DNA of 64,000 nt from Rhizomicrobium sp. (GTDB lineage: Bacteria; Pseudomonadota; Alphaproteobacteria; Micropepsales; Micropepsaceae): the NCBI GenBank assembly GCA_035275465.1, contig DATEMS010000047.1, positions 12,960-76,959 of the forward strand, written 5' to 3'. Position 1 is the first letter of the stretch; the number at the start of each line of letters is the position of its first letter. This document shows positions 50,273 through 60,239 of this stretch, piece by piece. Both the position numbers and the translations under genes were made by a program. The notes under the pieces are model-generated. The model was not told the DNA's origin. It searched no databases and saw nothing but the letters and a program-made list of their open reading frames with translations.

Positions 50273-50411
50273 ATCCGGCTTTTTCGCCTATCCGGCAAAA
50301 ATCAACCGCAATATTTTGGGGTCGGCCGCTTGCGGTTCCCGGTGGAAACCCCATCTTTCAGCGCGGGTATTTTGCCCCCAAAGGTTATCCGGGGGCTTTG
50401 AAGGAGGGTTC

Positions 50412-51068
50412 ATGTCAATTTGGAAACAGTTGCCCAAACTGGCCGCCGCATTCGGCCTGGCGCTTGTGATGGCGGGTTGCGGCGTCAACACCATTCCCAC
50501 CAAGGATCAGACCGTGAAAGCCCGTTGGGCCGATGTGCAGGCCGCCTATCAGCGGCGCGCCGATCTGATTCCCAATCTGGCCAATACCGTGGCGGCTTAT
50601 GCCAAGCAGGAGCAAACGGTGCTGACGGCGGTGACCCAGGCGCGCGCTTCGGCCACCCAAGTCCGGGTGGATGCCTCCACCATCACCGATCCCGCAAAAT
50701 TCGCCGAATTTCAGGCGGCACAGGACAGATTGTCCGGTGTGCTGGGCCGCTTGATGATGATCAGCGAGAATTACCCCGACCTGAAGTCCAACCAGAACTT
50801 TCTGGCGCTGCAATCGCAACTGGAAGGCACCGAGAACCGCATCGATATCGCGCGGCGCGACTACAATGCCGCGGTACAGGACTACAACACCGAGTTGGTG
50901 ACCATTCCCGGTTCGCTGTGGGCGGCGACTTTCTATCGCTCGTACAAGCAGGCGACGCCGTTTGCCGCCAGCGCCGCGGCCCAGTCCGCGCCGTCGGTGT
51001 TTCCGGGCGCCCAGCAGGGTGCGCCGCCGCCCGCGCCCCAAGCCGCGCAGCCGGGTACGAAACCTTAA
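50412..51068 (+). CDS. lemA: LemA family lipoprotein
   Basis: YQRRADLIPNL, SENYPDLKSNQNF, QLEGTENRI, ARRDYN; SD AGGAGG. Confidence 0.95.
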   Translation: MSIWKQLPKLAAAFGLALVMAGCGVNTIPTKDQTVKARWADVQAAYQRRADLIPNLANTVAAYAKQEQTVLTAVTQARASATQVRVDASTITDPAKFAEFQAAQDRLSGVLGRLMMISENYPDLKSNQNFLALQSQLEGTENRIDIARRDYNAAVQDYNTELVTIPGSLWAATFYRSYKQATPFAASAAAQSAPSVFPGAQQGAPPPAPQAAQPGTKP

Positions 51069-51086
51069 ATGAAGCATTCGGCCTAA

Positions 51087-51854
51087 ATGGCGCGGCTGGC
51101 TACGGCCTTACTCGCGTTCTTCGTCCTTCTGACTCCTGCCTTTTTTGATGGGAAGGTTTGGGCGGCGCCGAATTCTGCGGCGCGGCCCAACTTTCCTCAA
51201 CTCAGCGGGCGGGTGGTGGACGACGCCCATATCCTGTCGCCTGCCACCCAGGCCGATCTCACCCAAAAGCTGGAAGCGCTGGAGAAAAAAACCGCGCGCC
51301 AGCTGGTGGTGGTGACGCTGTCTTCGCTGCAGGGCTATGAGATTTCCGATTACGGCTATCAACTGGGCCGCGCCTGGGGCATCGGCCAGAAGGCGATGAA
51401 CAACGGCATCCTGTTTATCGTCGCGCCCCATGAGCGGCGCACCCGTATCGAGGTGGGCTATGGGCTGGAGCCCATCGTCACCGATGCCTTGTCTTCGGTG
51501 ATCATTCAGACGCAAGTCCTGCCGAAATTTCGCAACCGGGATTTCGACGGCGGCGTACGCGCCGGCGCCGATGCCTTGATCGAGCAATTGTCGCTGGATT
51601 TGTCGGAAGCCGAGAAACGCGCCGCCGCCGCCCGGCAGCAATTGCAGCAGAGCGGCGATGACAATGGCGGCGGGATCGGGTTGATCGCCGCGCTTGTCAT
51701 TATCTTTTTCATTTTGCGGATGTTCGGCGGCTGGGGATTGCTGCCGCTTATTTTCATGGGCCATGGCGGGGGCCGCCACCGCGGCGGTTTTGGCGGTGGC
51801 GGCTGGTCCGGCGGCGGTGGATTTGGCGGCGGCGGTTCGTCGGGGAGTTGGTGA
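51087..51854 (+). CDS. TPM-domain protein (YgcG-like) with Gly-rich tail
   Basis: [25 protein letters not shown]-terminal [13 protein letters not shown]. Confidence 0.92.
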   Translation: MARLATALLAFFVLLTPAFFDGKVWAAPNSAARPNFPQLSGRVVDDAHILSPATQADLTQKLEALEKKTARQLVVVTLSSLQGYEISDYGYQLGRAWGIGQKAMNNGILFIVAPHERRTRIEVGYGLEPIVTDALSSVIIQTQVLPKFRNRDFDGGVRAGADALIEQLSLDLSEAEKRAAAARQQLQQSGDDNGGGIGLIAALVIIFFILRMFGGWGLLPLIFMGHGGGRHRGGFGGGGWSGGGGFGGGGSSGSW

Positions 51855-52540
51855 TGCTGAAGGAAGCCGACAAGGCGCGCATCGGTGCGGCGATCGCGGA
51901 CGCCGAGAGCAAAACCTCGGGCGAGATTTTTTGCGTGCTGGCGGATGAGGTGTCGCGCTATCGGGAGGTGCCGCTGCTGTGGGCGGCGGTTGCTGCTTTC
52001 GCCGTGCCGCCCGCGATGGTGTTGGCGGGATTGCACCGGCTGGCGCTGACATCCAGTTGGACGGACGACAGCGCCCGCGGCATGGCCCATGGCATGGAAA
52101 GTTTGATCCTATACGCGCTCTCCAGCTATGCGCTGTTGCAGGCGGCGGTGTTTTTGTGCGTCGCCGTCATCGTGGCGCTTCCCAGTGTGCGGCGGCGGCT
52201 GACGCCGGGGCCGCTCAAAGCGCATCGCGTGCGTCAGGCGGCGCGCCGGCATTTTGTGGCGGCAGGGGCGCGGCTGTCGGCGGCCGAACCGCATGTGTTG
52301 ATTTTCGCCTGTCTCACCGACCGGCGGGTGGAATTGGTGGCGCATGAGAGCATTCACAAAGCGGTGGGCGAGGGGCCTTGGAACGACAGCGTCGCCGCGG
52401 TGGTGGAGGGGATGAAATCGGGCCGCGAGGCGGACGGCTTCATCACGGCCATCGAAATCTGCGGCGCGGCCTTGGCGCGGCATTTTCCCGCCACGGGCGC
52501 GCCCAAGAACCGCTTTCCCAACAGCTTGATGGAAATTTAA
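51848..52540 (+). CDS. TPM-domain membrane protein (LemA operon third gene)
   Basis: AESKTSGEI, two TMs, VLIF...RRVELVA; overlaps the upstream gene. Confidence 0.85.
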   Translation: MVMLKEADKARIGAAIADAESKTSGEIFCVLADEVSRYREVPLLWAAVAAFAVPPAMVLAGLHRLALTSSWTDDSARGMAHGMESLILYALSSYALLQAAVFLCVAVIVALPSVRRRLTPGPLKAHRVRQAARRHFVAAGARLSAAEPHVLIFACLTDRRVELVAHESIHKAVGEGPWNDSVAAVVEGMKSGREADGFITAIEICGAALARHFPATGAPKNRFPNSLMEI

Positions 52541-52541
52541 G

Positions 52542-52898
52542 CTATTTGGCCTTGCCGCGGCGTTTGGCCAGGGCAAGCAGCGTTTTGATCTCCGCCTGCG
52601 CCGCGCGGGCCGCGCCGCTTTCGATCCGGCGATAGCTGTCCAGCAGGGTCTTTCCCAGCTCGGTCAGGCGCGCGCCGCCGCCGGCATTGCCGCCGATGCT
52701 GGTGGTGACAATCTCGCCCCCGAAGCTTTCCTGCATGTTGCGGATCAAGAGCCAGGCCTTGCGGTAGCTCATGCCCATCGCCGCCGCGGATTTGCGGATG
52801 GAGCCATGTTCGGCAACGCCGTCCAGCAGCTCCATCATGCCCGGCCCCAGCGCGTGCCGGTGTTCGTCCAGATAGATTCGGATGGAGAGCCGCGCCAT
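52542..52898 (-). CDS. Stand-alone ModE N-terminal winged-HTH regulator (no TOBE domains)
   Basis: LGPGMMELL...GSIRKSAAAMGMSYRKAWLLI...GGNAGGGARLT. Confidence 0.88.
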   Translation of the reverse strand: MARLSIRIYLDEHRHALGPGMMELLDGVAEHGSIRKSAAAMGMSYRKAWLLIRNMQESFGGEIVTTSIGGNAGGGARLTELGKTLLDSYRRIESGAARAAQAEIKTLLALAKRRGKAK

Positions 52899-52994
52899 GG
52901 CGGCAGACTGGCGCAGCCTTGCGCCTGCGTCCAGCCGGGGCTGCTGCTTAAAGCGCAAGTAGCGGCTGACGCGCTTGGGCGCGCGTCGCCTGCG

Positions 52995-53189
52995 TTATTG
53001 AAAGAGGTGGTAGCCGGCCCAGATGGCCAGAACCCAAAGCAAAGCGGTGCCCAAAATCACGAAAAGCCCCCGCTGCGCTCCACGCGCGGATTCTTCCAAG
53101 ACGCTTCCTGTTCTTTTGTATCGCTCGGTCACGCTGCTCACTCCATCCGCCCAAGTGCGATGCCATTCCCTAGAGGCAAAGAACTCCAC
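52995..53189 (-). CDS. Small hypothetical membrane protein
   Basis: 64 aa, one C-terminal TM, GAGGGA SD-like upstream of GTG; upstream of the ModE-like gene on the same strand. Confidence 0.45.
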   Translation of the reverse strand: MEFFASREWHRTWADGVSSVTERYKRTGSVLEESARGAQRGLFVILGTALLWVLAIWAGYHLFQ

Positions 53190-53331
53190 CCAGGCCAGAG
53201 TCCCTCTTCAGCATTTTTCGTGCCAATTCGGGACGGGTTGAAACGCTTGGTAAATTTTTGGGCATGTAATCCTAGTTTACATTTTCGTGACGAATTGTCG
53301 GTGAAACTGTAAACAAGGCTTTACGTACCGA

Positions 53332-53351
53332 TATAACCTTTTCAGGTTATA
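53332..53351. promoter_or_regulatory. Palindromic operator candidate
   Basis: TATAACCT-tttc-AGGTTATA perfect 8-bp inverted repeat in an AT-rich intergenic region. Confidence 0.55.
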
Positions 53352-53471
53352 AGGTTTTTTGCGGTTTTGAGCTGTTGGAGACAGGCCAGAGGCAAAAACC
53401 CAACAGCGCGAGGCTGTTAGTTAATAAAAATGGTAAATGGCGACGGCAGCAGCAGCGGATCCTGGAACTGA

Positions 53472-54665
53472 TTATTCCACAGGCTTAATCCGGTCCCCGT
53501 CGTGCAGCTTGTCGAGATTATCGCCGGCCAGACGCTCCCCGGCTGAAATCCCCGACAGAATCGTCACCGATTGTTGGCTTGCGGGGCCGAGCGCCACTTC
53601 GCGCCGTTCGATTTTGTCGTCGGCGGCAATCACAAATACGCTGCCGGTGCGTCCGCTGCCCAACACCGCATTGGGCGGCACGCTGACGCGCGAAACCACC
53701 GGCCCGGCGCCTTTTTCCGGCGCGGTCATGAAACCGACCCGCGCCGCCATGTTCGGCAGGATGCGCGGATCCTTGGTCTTGATGCGGACACGCACCGCCA
53801 CGGTACCTTTGCTCTGGTCGGCGGTGGGGATGATGGCGATCACCGAACCGGGAATGTCCCAATCGGGATAGGCGTTGAGATGGATGGTGGCCGCGCCGCC
53901 GATCTGGACCCGGTCAATGTAGTTCTCGCTGACATCCACCTGGACCTCCAGCGAATCCATATCCACAATGGTGACAATGCCGGTGCGGGTGTCGCCGCCG
54001 CCCGCCGCCGAGGGCGCCACCACTTCGCCCACCTGCGCCACCTTGACGGTGACGATGCCGCTGAAGGGCGCGCGCACCAGCGTGTCGCGCAGATTGCTTT
54101 GGGCATAGGCCACTTGCGCCAACGCCACGTCATGCTGGGTGCGGGCATTGTCAAACAGGGTGCGCTGGTTCTGCACCGCGTCGGTGGAGATTGCGCCCTG
54201 GGTCTTCAGCGCCTGATAGCGGGCATAGGTGGGCGCGGCATTGTCTAGCGCGGCCTTGGCCTGACGCGCCAAGGCCTGGGCCTGATGCAGCGCCGCCAGA
54301 TAATTGGAGTCATCCAGCCGCGCGACAATGTCGCCTGCCTTGACCGCCTGACCTTCCTCAAAATTCACTTCCGAAATTTTTCCCAGGATTTTTGCCGAGA
54401 GCGTGGCTTTGCGCCGCGCCACCACATAGCCGGATGCGTCCAGCCCCACGCCGGCGCCGCCTTCCGCGTTGCCTTGCGCTGTTGCCGTCACGATATGAAC
54501 GGGAATGCGGTTATCGGGCCAAAAGAACCAGGCACCGGCGGCGATGACAATCACGCCGGCGCCGCCGATGGCGGGCCACATCCAACCGGGCCGGTGATGG
54601 CTGACCGGCGCGCGCTGAATCTTAAGCGAATCCAGCAGCGCGGATTTTTCGATGTCCCGACTCAC
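53472..54665 (-). CDS. Periplasmic adaptor (MacA-like membrane fusion protein)
   Basis: TM anchor, ASGYVVA, VRAPFSGIVT, DVSENYI, ILPNMAARV. Confidence 0.9.
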   Translation of the reverse strand: MSRDIEKSALLDSLKIQRAPVSHHRPGWMWPAIGGAGVIVIAAGAWFFWPDNRIPVHIVTATAQGNAEGGAGVGLDASGYVVARRKATLSAKILGKISEVNFEEGQAVKAGDIVARLDDSNYLAALHQAQALARQAKAALDNAAPTYARYQALKTQGAISTDAVQNQRTLFDNARTQHDVALAQVAYAQSNLRDTLVRAPFSGIVTVKVAQVGEVVAPSAAGGGDTRTGIVTIVDMDSLEVQVDVSENYIDRVQIGGAATIHLNAYPDWDIPGSVIAIIPTADQSKGTVAVRVRIKTKDPRILPNMAARVGFMTAPEKGAGPVVSRVSVPPNAVLGSGRTGSVFVIAADDKIERREVALGPASQQSVTILSGISAGERLAGDNLDKLHDGDRIKPVE

Positions 54666-54678
54666 CTGGCTTCCCGGT

Positions 54679-55836
54679 TCATGTCGCTCTCAGGGCTTCA
54701 ACCACCGGGCGCCGCGCCGCGCGAATGGAGGGGAACAACCCGCCCAATAGCGCCACGCCCACAGCCCAGAAGATGCCAAACCCTATCAGAGATGGCGAGA
54801 CGGTGAGGGTGAAAATATTCCAGCCCCAGGTGCTGCTCTTACCGTCATTGAGCAGCCAGGCAATGGCCGCCCCCGCCAGGGCGCCGATGGCCGCCAGGGT
54901 GACCGCTTCCAGGATCACCGACACGGACACGGGAAAGGCACCGTAGCCCAGCGCCCGCAGGGTCGCGATCTCGCGCGCGCGGGTACTGACGGCGGCGTAC
55001 ATGGTGTTGAGGCAGCCGAACAGGGCGCCGATCGCCATAATGATGCCAACCACATAGGCCATCAGAACGAGAAAGCGGGTGGATTGGCTGCTGAATTTGG
55101 CATACCAGTCGGAATGGCGTTCCACCGTCACCGACAAAGCGGGATTGGTGGTGAGCGCCTTTTTGAAGGCGTCGAAGGACTCCTGCGACGCCAACCGGAC
55201 CAGGATGGTGTTGTAGGTGGCGCGGCGAAGCGCGGTCAGCATGGTCTCGGTATCGCCGATCACCTGACCATCCAAAATATCGCCCGTGGTATAGACGCCC
55301 ACGATGGGCCATGCGCCGTCCGGCAGGATGACGGAGTCGCCGATCTGCATATTCTGGAACAGCGTCTGAGCACTCACCCCCACGATCATCTCGCGCTTGC
55401 CGGGCTCGAACATGCGGCCTTTCACCAACTGGAATTCCGGCCTGAGCGCTGCGCCATAGGATCCGAAACCGCGCATGGTGGTGTAGCCCTTGGTGCCGTT
55501 GGCGCGCAGGATGGGCAGACCCATATTGAGGCCGCGATCGGCCATGGGCTTGCCGTCCTTGTCCTTGGCGATGCCCGGCGCGTCGATAATCAGGGGCGCC
55601 ATGGCGCGGGTGATGGTGCTTTGGCTTTCGTAGTCGGCTCCTTTCGACACTACGATAGCGCGGCCCGGATCGCCGGCATGGGCATAGGACTTCTGCATGC
55701 CTTCGGTCAGTGACATCATAGACAGCAGGACGCCGATGGTGGCGCCAAGGCCCACAACAATCACCATGGATTGCCAGAAGCGGCTCTTGAGGCTTTTGAA
55801 GTTCAAGGCGGAAACGATCAGGATTTGGCGCAGCAT
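54679..55836 (-). CDS. ABC transporter permease (MacB/FtsX family)
   Basis: N-terminal TM, periplasmic domain, NTMYAAVSTRAREIATLRALG, GLFPSIRAAR. Confidence 0.9.
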   Translation of the reverse strand: MLRQILIVSALNFKSLKSRFWQSMVIVVGLGATIGVLLSMMSLTEGMQKSYAHAGDPGRAIVVSKGADYESQSTITRAMAPLIIDAPGIAKDKDGKPMADRGLNMGLPILRANGTKGYTTMRGFGSYGAALRPEFQLVKGRMFEPGKREMIVGVSAQTLFQNMQIGDSVILPDGAWPIVGVYTTGDILDGQVIGDTETMLTALRRATYNTILVRLASQESFDAFKKALTTNPALSVTVERHSDWYAKFSSQSTRFLVLMAYVVGIIMAIGALFGCLNTMYAAVSTRAREIATLRALGYGAFPVSVSVILEAVTLAAIGALAGAAIAWLLNDGKSSTWGWNIFTLTVSPSLIGFGIFWAVGVALLGGLFPSIRAARRPVVEALRAT

Positions 55837-55853
55837 GGTCTAACGTCCCGGCT

Positions 55854-57017
55854 TTATGTTCGCCCAGAAAGGGCGGTTGCGATATCCATTTGTTTGAGAC
55901 GCAGGGCCGGAAGCGCCGAGCTGACCAATGCCACCAGCGCGGCAGCCAGCATCGCCCAGAACACGACCATGGCGGACACTGTGGGGATGGGAATGCCGTT
56001 GCCGGACATCAGTTTGGGGATCAGGCTGGAAACCAGAGCGGCCAGTCCCACGCCCAGAACCGCGCCGATCAGACAGGGCAGGGCGGCTTCGGCGAATACC
56101 AGAAGGATCACGCCGGTATCGGTAAAGCCGACGGTCTTGAGGGTGGCGAATTCCGCAAAACGTTCACGCACCGCCTGGGCGATGCTGTTGGCAGTGAGAA
56201 AAAGCACCATGAACATGCCGGCAAGCGCGATCTCGCGATCCGCGGCGGCGATGTCTATGCCGGTATTGGCAGCGACATCCAGCGCCGCTTTTTCGGTGGT
56301 GGATTGCAGGGGAACGGCGGAATTGGCGAAGGTGGCATCAATCTTCTGCGCCACCTCGGCGGCGCGGTCGGGATTGCCCGACTGGATGAAGAATTGGCCT
56401 GCCTTGCCCTGCTGCGCCAAGGGACGTGCTTTGTCCAAATAATCGTAATTGCCCATCATGAAGCCGTCGGTGAAGTAGGAAATGTCGTCGGCCACGCTGA
56501 GAATATGGAAAACCCAGCTGGTGCTGCCGTCGGCCTTCTTGGTCCGGGGAGCGATCATGGTGAAGCTGTCGCCGGGTTTCAGCTTCCAACGCTCCGCCGC
56601 TATTTTACTGATAATCAGGCCCTGGCGGTTATTCTTGAGCAGGTCCCATTGCTGCGCGGTTATCGGCCAGTCGGTCATCACGGTGCGAACCTTGTCGTCC
56701 ATCATCCAGGCAAAGGCGCGATTCTTAGGATCTGCATGATAGCCGCCTAGGGCCGCCGCCGTGCCCACCCCGGAAACGCCGGGAAGCGCTTCGATCTGGC
56801 GCGCCAGCGCCACCGGCAAAGTGCTGTTGCCGGTGGCGAAACGGGCCCAAGACCAGATACGGTCTGCGCGCGCCTGTTCCTGCATTTTGTCGAAGGTGGC
56901 GTTCATGCCAATGGTCAGCCCGAACAGGGTGAAAGCCACCATCACTGACAGAAAAGTGAGGATGGCGCGGGTGGGCTTGCGCATGATCGCGGCCCAGACG
57001 AGGGGAAGATATTTCAT
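55854..57017 (-). CDS. ABC transporter permease (MacB/FtsX family)
   Basis: RKPTRAILT, QAVRERFAEFATLKTVGF, LPALRLKQM. Confidence 0.9.
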   Translation of the reverse strand: MKYLPLVWAAIMRKPTRAILTFLSVMVAFTLFGLTIGMNATFDKMQEQARADRIWSWARFATGNSTLPVALARQIEALPGVSGVGTAAALGGYHADPKNRAFAWMMDDKVRTVMTDWPITAQQWDLLKNNRQGLIISKIAAERWKLKPGDSFTMIAPRTKKADGSTSWVFHILSVADDISYFTDGFMMGNYDYLDKARPLAQQGKAGQFFIQSGNPDRAAEVAQKIDATFANSAVPLQSTTEKAALDVAANTGIDIAAADREIALAGMFMVLFLTANSIAQAVRERFAEFATLKTVGFTDTGVILLVFAEAALPCLIGAVLGVGLAALVSSLIPKLMSGNGIPIPTVSAMVVFWAMLAAALVALVSSALPALRLKQMDIATALSGRT

Positions 57018-57028
57018 CTGGGCCGCCC

Positions 57029-57721
57029 CTATGCCGCCGCCAGGACACGTTCGATCAACTGGCCCTTGTCCATTTCCAACTGGCGGCTGGCATGGTCTGC
57101 GGCCTTGGGATCGTGGGTGACCATCACGATGGTTTTTTTGTGCTGGCGATTGAGCTGTTGCAGCAGGGACAGGATTTCATCCGCCGAGGCGCGGTCCAGA
57201 TCGCCAGTGGGTTCGTCGCAGAGCAGGATCGGCGGATCGGCAACGATGGCGCGCGCGATGCCGACACGCTGTTGCTGGCCGCCCGACATTTCGCCCGGTT
57301 TGTGCGATGCGCGGTCCTTCAGGCCCACAATTTCCAGCGCCACCTCGACGCGGCGGCGGCGTTCGGATTTGGACAGATTGGTGAGCAGCAAGGGCAGTTC
57401 GACATTGCCCGAAGCCGACAGCATGGGCATCAGATTGTAGAACTGAAAAATAAAACCGATATGGCTGCCGCGCCATTTGGTGAGCTGGCCGCCGGACAGT
57501 TTTTCCAGATGCTCGCCGCCCACGACGACCTCGCCGGAATTGGCGCGGTCCAATCCGCCCACCAGATTGAGGATGGTGGTCTTGCCCGAGCCCGAGGGAC
57601 CCATCAGCGAGACGAACTCGCCTTCCGGGATTTCCAGGCTTAAGCCGTGCAGGACTTCGACGGATTCCTTGCCCCGGCGATAGTGTTTTGTGACCTGACG
57701 CAGCGAAATGGCGGAGGACAT
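57029..57721 (-). CDS. ABC transporter ATP-binding protein (LolD/MacB-type)
   Basis: Walker A GPSGSGKT, signature MSGGQQQR, CDEPTG, VTHD. Confidence 0.95.
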   Translation of the reverse strand: MSSAISLRQVTKHYRRGKESVEVLHGLSLEIPEGEFVSLMGPSGSGKTTILNLVGGLDRANSGEVVVGGEHLEKLSGGQLTKWRGSHIGFIFQFYNLMPMLSASGNVELPLLLTNLSKSERRRRVEVALEIVGLKDRASHKPGEMSGGQQQRVGIARAIVADPPILLCDEPTGDLDRASADEILSLLQQLNRQHKKTIVMVTHDPKAADHASRQLEMDKGQLIERVLAAA

Positions 57722-57902
57722 GCGCGGGGCTCCCGGGTTGCGAGTTATATCTGGCAAGCTACCGTGCATAGCACGATAGCAATGTCCAGGGGTTTTTCTG
57801 ACAAATACTCAGGTTTGCCGAAATGCCGGGGTGGAAGGTTTTACGCTTGGGCAGGCATGACCGGTTGCGCGCTTGGCGCACGCAACCGCAAGAAGATGCA
57901 AA

Positions 57903-58469
57903 TCAGTTGCTGTCAGAATTACGGCCGCGTCCGCGCCAGCCGCCATTGTTGCTGTTGGCTTGGGGTTCGGCGGACTGTGTGGGCGCGGCACTGCGCGTCT
58001 CGGAACGGTTTAGCTGCCAAGCATTGCCGCGGGTGATGCGGTCACCATTGGGCAGATAATTGCCGGGATTTTGCGCGCGATCGGCGCTGCGGTCATAGCC
58101 GCCGTCGCGGTTGCCGCCGGGATTGATGGCGGCACGGTTGTCGTTGCCGCGACTATCGTTTCGGTTGTCGCTGCGGTCGTGGTTGCGGTCCTGGCCGCCA
58201 TCGCGATCTCTACGATTCCATCCGCCGCGATTGCCGTCACGACCATAATGATAAGCGCCGCGATAGGCGCCACGATAGTCGTTATGTGGAATATAAACGC
58301 GGTTATGGCCGTAATAATAGTAATCGGGATCGTAGTAACCGCTATAGTAGCTGCCATAAGAACCGCCGCGGTAATGGCCGTCATGACCGTCATAGGCGCA
58401 GCCGCCGAGCAGCGACAGGCCGGCAACGGCGCCAAGCGCCAAAGCGGTGCGGGACATCAGGGTCTTCAT
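57903..58469 (-). CDS. Low-complexity lipoprotein (Tyr/Gly-rich then Arg/Asp/Asn-rich)
   Basis: Lipobox LLGGC; YYSGYYDPDYYYYG and RDRDGGQDRNHDRSDNRND segments. Confidence 0.7.
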   Translation of the reverse strand: MKTLMSRTALALGAVAGLSLLGGCAYDGHDGHYRGGSYGSYYSGYYDPDYYYYGHNRVYIPHNDYRGAYRGAYHYGRDGNRGGWNRRDRDGGQDRNHDRSDNRNDSRGNDNRAAINPGGNRDGGYDRSADRAQNPGNYLPNGDRITRGNAWQLNRSETRSAAPTQSAEPQANSNNGGWRGRGRNSDSN

Positions 58470-58523
58470 GATCATCTCCACTGCCGGAAGATTTTCCGGC
58501 GACTAAAGGATCGCAAAGCCGGG

Positions 58524-58540
58524 ATGAACCGGACATGAAC
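58524..58540. promoter_or_regulatory. 11-bp-period direct repeat ATGAAC-N5-ATGAAC (OmpR-family-like site)
   Basis: Two exact hexamers about 55 nt upstream of the lipoprotein start. Confidence 0.4.
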
Positions 58541-58607
58541 GGTTCTTAAGCGTTAAAAACGCTGTTTTTACGGCCTTTTTTGGGCATACCCACGCCAGTG
58601 GGACGAC

Positions 58608-59282
58608 TCAGCGCGGCGTATCTGCGAACAGCCATGGCAGAAGCCGTGACGCCAGGATCGTTGCCAGTACTTGGGCTGCGATAAAGCCGGGCGCGGAGGC
58701 TGGCGCAATGCCTGAGAAGGTGTCGGTCAAGGTCCGCGCCAATGTCACGGCGGGATTGGCGAAGCTGGTGGAAGCGGTGAACCAATAAGCGCCGGTTATG
58801 TAAAGCCCGACCAGCATGGGAATGGCGGGCGGTGAAAATCGAAGGCCGCCCGCAATGGTCAGAAGCAATCCAAAGGTGGCGATGAATTCGGACAGCCATT
58901 GCGCCGGGCCGTCGCGCAAATGGCCGGAGGCTTGCAGCAAGGCTTGGCCGAACATGGCATGCGCCAGCCACACGCCCAGAATCGCCGCCGCGCCTTGCGC
59001 CGCCACATAAAGCGCGGCGGTGGGCGAATCGGCCTGGCGGTGGAGCAGGGCATATAGCGTGACGCAGGGATTGAAATGCGCGCCGGACAATGGTCCAAAA
59101 ATCGTGATCAGCACCACCAGTACCGCGCCCGTCGCCAGCGCGTTGGCCAGAAGGGCGACGGCCATGTTTCCGCCCGCCAACTGTTCGGCCATGATGCCGG
59201 AACCCACCACCGTGGTCAGCAAAAGCAAGGTGCCGAGAAATTCCGCGGCCAGACGGCGGGCCAGGTGGCTGGAAAATGTCAT
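58608..59282 (-). CDS. aqpS: Arsenic-associated aquaporin (MIP family, AqpS-like)
   Basis: AEFLGT, SGAHFNPC, AYWFTASTSFANPAVTLAR; coupled to arsC. Confidence 0.85.
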   Translation of the reverse strand: MTFSSHLARRLAAEFLGTLLLLTTVVGSGIMAEQLAGGNMAVALLANALATGAVLVVLITIFGPLSGAHFNPCVTLYALLHRQADSPTAALYVAAQGAAAILGVWLAHAMFGQALLQASGHLRDGPAQWLSEFIATFGLLLTIAGGLRFSPPAIPMLVGLYITGAYWFTASTSFANPAVTLARTLTDTFSGIAPASAPGFIAAQVLATILASRLLPWLFADTPR

Positions 59283-59701
59283 CACACCAGCCGCTTGCCG
59301 TTTACGTCCACCACCTGTTCGCCGTCTTCCTTGGTGAAGGCGCCGCGCTGGGGATCGGGCAGAATGTCCAGCACCACTTCCGAAGGACGGCAAAGTTTCA
59401 CGCCCAGGGGAGTCACCACAATGGGACGGTTGATCAGGATAGGGTGAGCGAGCATGGCGTCCAGAAGTTCACTGTCGCTTTTGGCGGGATCGTCCAGCCC
59501 CAACTCATGATAAGGCGTGCCTTTTTCGCGCAGAAGCTGGCGCGGCGACATGCCCATGCGTTCGAGCAGCGACATCAGCTCGGCCCGGCTTGGCGGGGTC
59601 TTCAGATATTCGATGACGGTAGGTTCGGCGCCGCTATTTTCGATCAGCCCCAGCGTGTTGCGCGAGGTGCCGCAAGCGGGATTGTGATAGATGGCGATCA
59701 T
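59282..59701 (-). CDS. arsC: Arsenate reductase, glutaredoxin-dependent
   Basis: YHNPACGTSRN, HPILINRPIV, LCRPSE. Confidence 0.96.
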   Translation of the reverse strand: MIAIYHNPACGTSRNTLGLIENSGAEPTVIEYLKTPPSRAELMSLLERMGMSPRQLLREKGTPYHELGLDDPAKSDSELLDAMLAHPILINRPIVVTPLGVKLCRPSEVVLDILPDPQRGAFTKEDGEQVVDVNGKRLV

Positions 59702-60046
59702 TCAGCAGCACGCAGAACGTTTGGCGATGGCGACAAGGGGCTGGCAGATCGTGGCGTCGCCGTTGCAGCAATCCTCCATCAGAAAGCCCAGCAATTTGCT
59801 CATGCGTTCATAGTCGGCGGAATAGAAGACGGATCGTCCCTCGCGGCGCGCATGGATCAACCCGGCATTGACCAGCACCGTCAAGCTGGCGGACAGGGTG
59901 TTCGGCAGAACATGGAGTTTTCTGGCGATATCGCCGGCGGAAACACCATCGCCGCCGGCGCGCACCAGCAGGCGAAAGACGGAAAGCCGCCCCTCATGCG
60001 CCAGAGCGGAGAGGGCTTCGACGGAATTGGAAAGCTTGGACGCCAT
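59702..60046 (-). CDS. arsR: ArsR/SmtB regulator with C-terminal Cys ligands
   Basis: LSALAHEGRLSVFRLLV..G..G.SAG HTH; EDCCNGDATIC and terminal CC. Confidence 0.9.
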   Translation of the reverse strand: MASKLSNSVEALSALAHEGRLSVFRLLVRAGGDGVSAGDIARKLHVLPNTLSASLTVLVNAGLIHARREGRSVFYSADYERMSKLLGFLMEDCCNGDATICQPLVAIAKRSACC

Positions 60047-60239
60047 CAGCAGCAGGCCTTTGGGTTTGATTTTGGCGGGCCGCAAGCCGGGGTGCGGCTC
60101 ACAATTTTTCCAGGCTTCCACAATTCCAGAAGGGCGGCACCCACGTCAACCCGGCCTCTGCGGATGGCCGTAAAATATTTCCACAAACGGAGAAATGTCA
60201 TTATTGCGTCACGGAAATGATAATACGATAATCGTGGAA

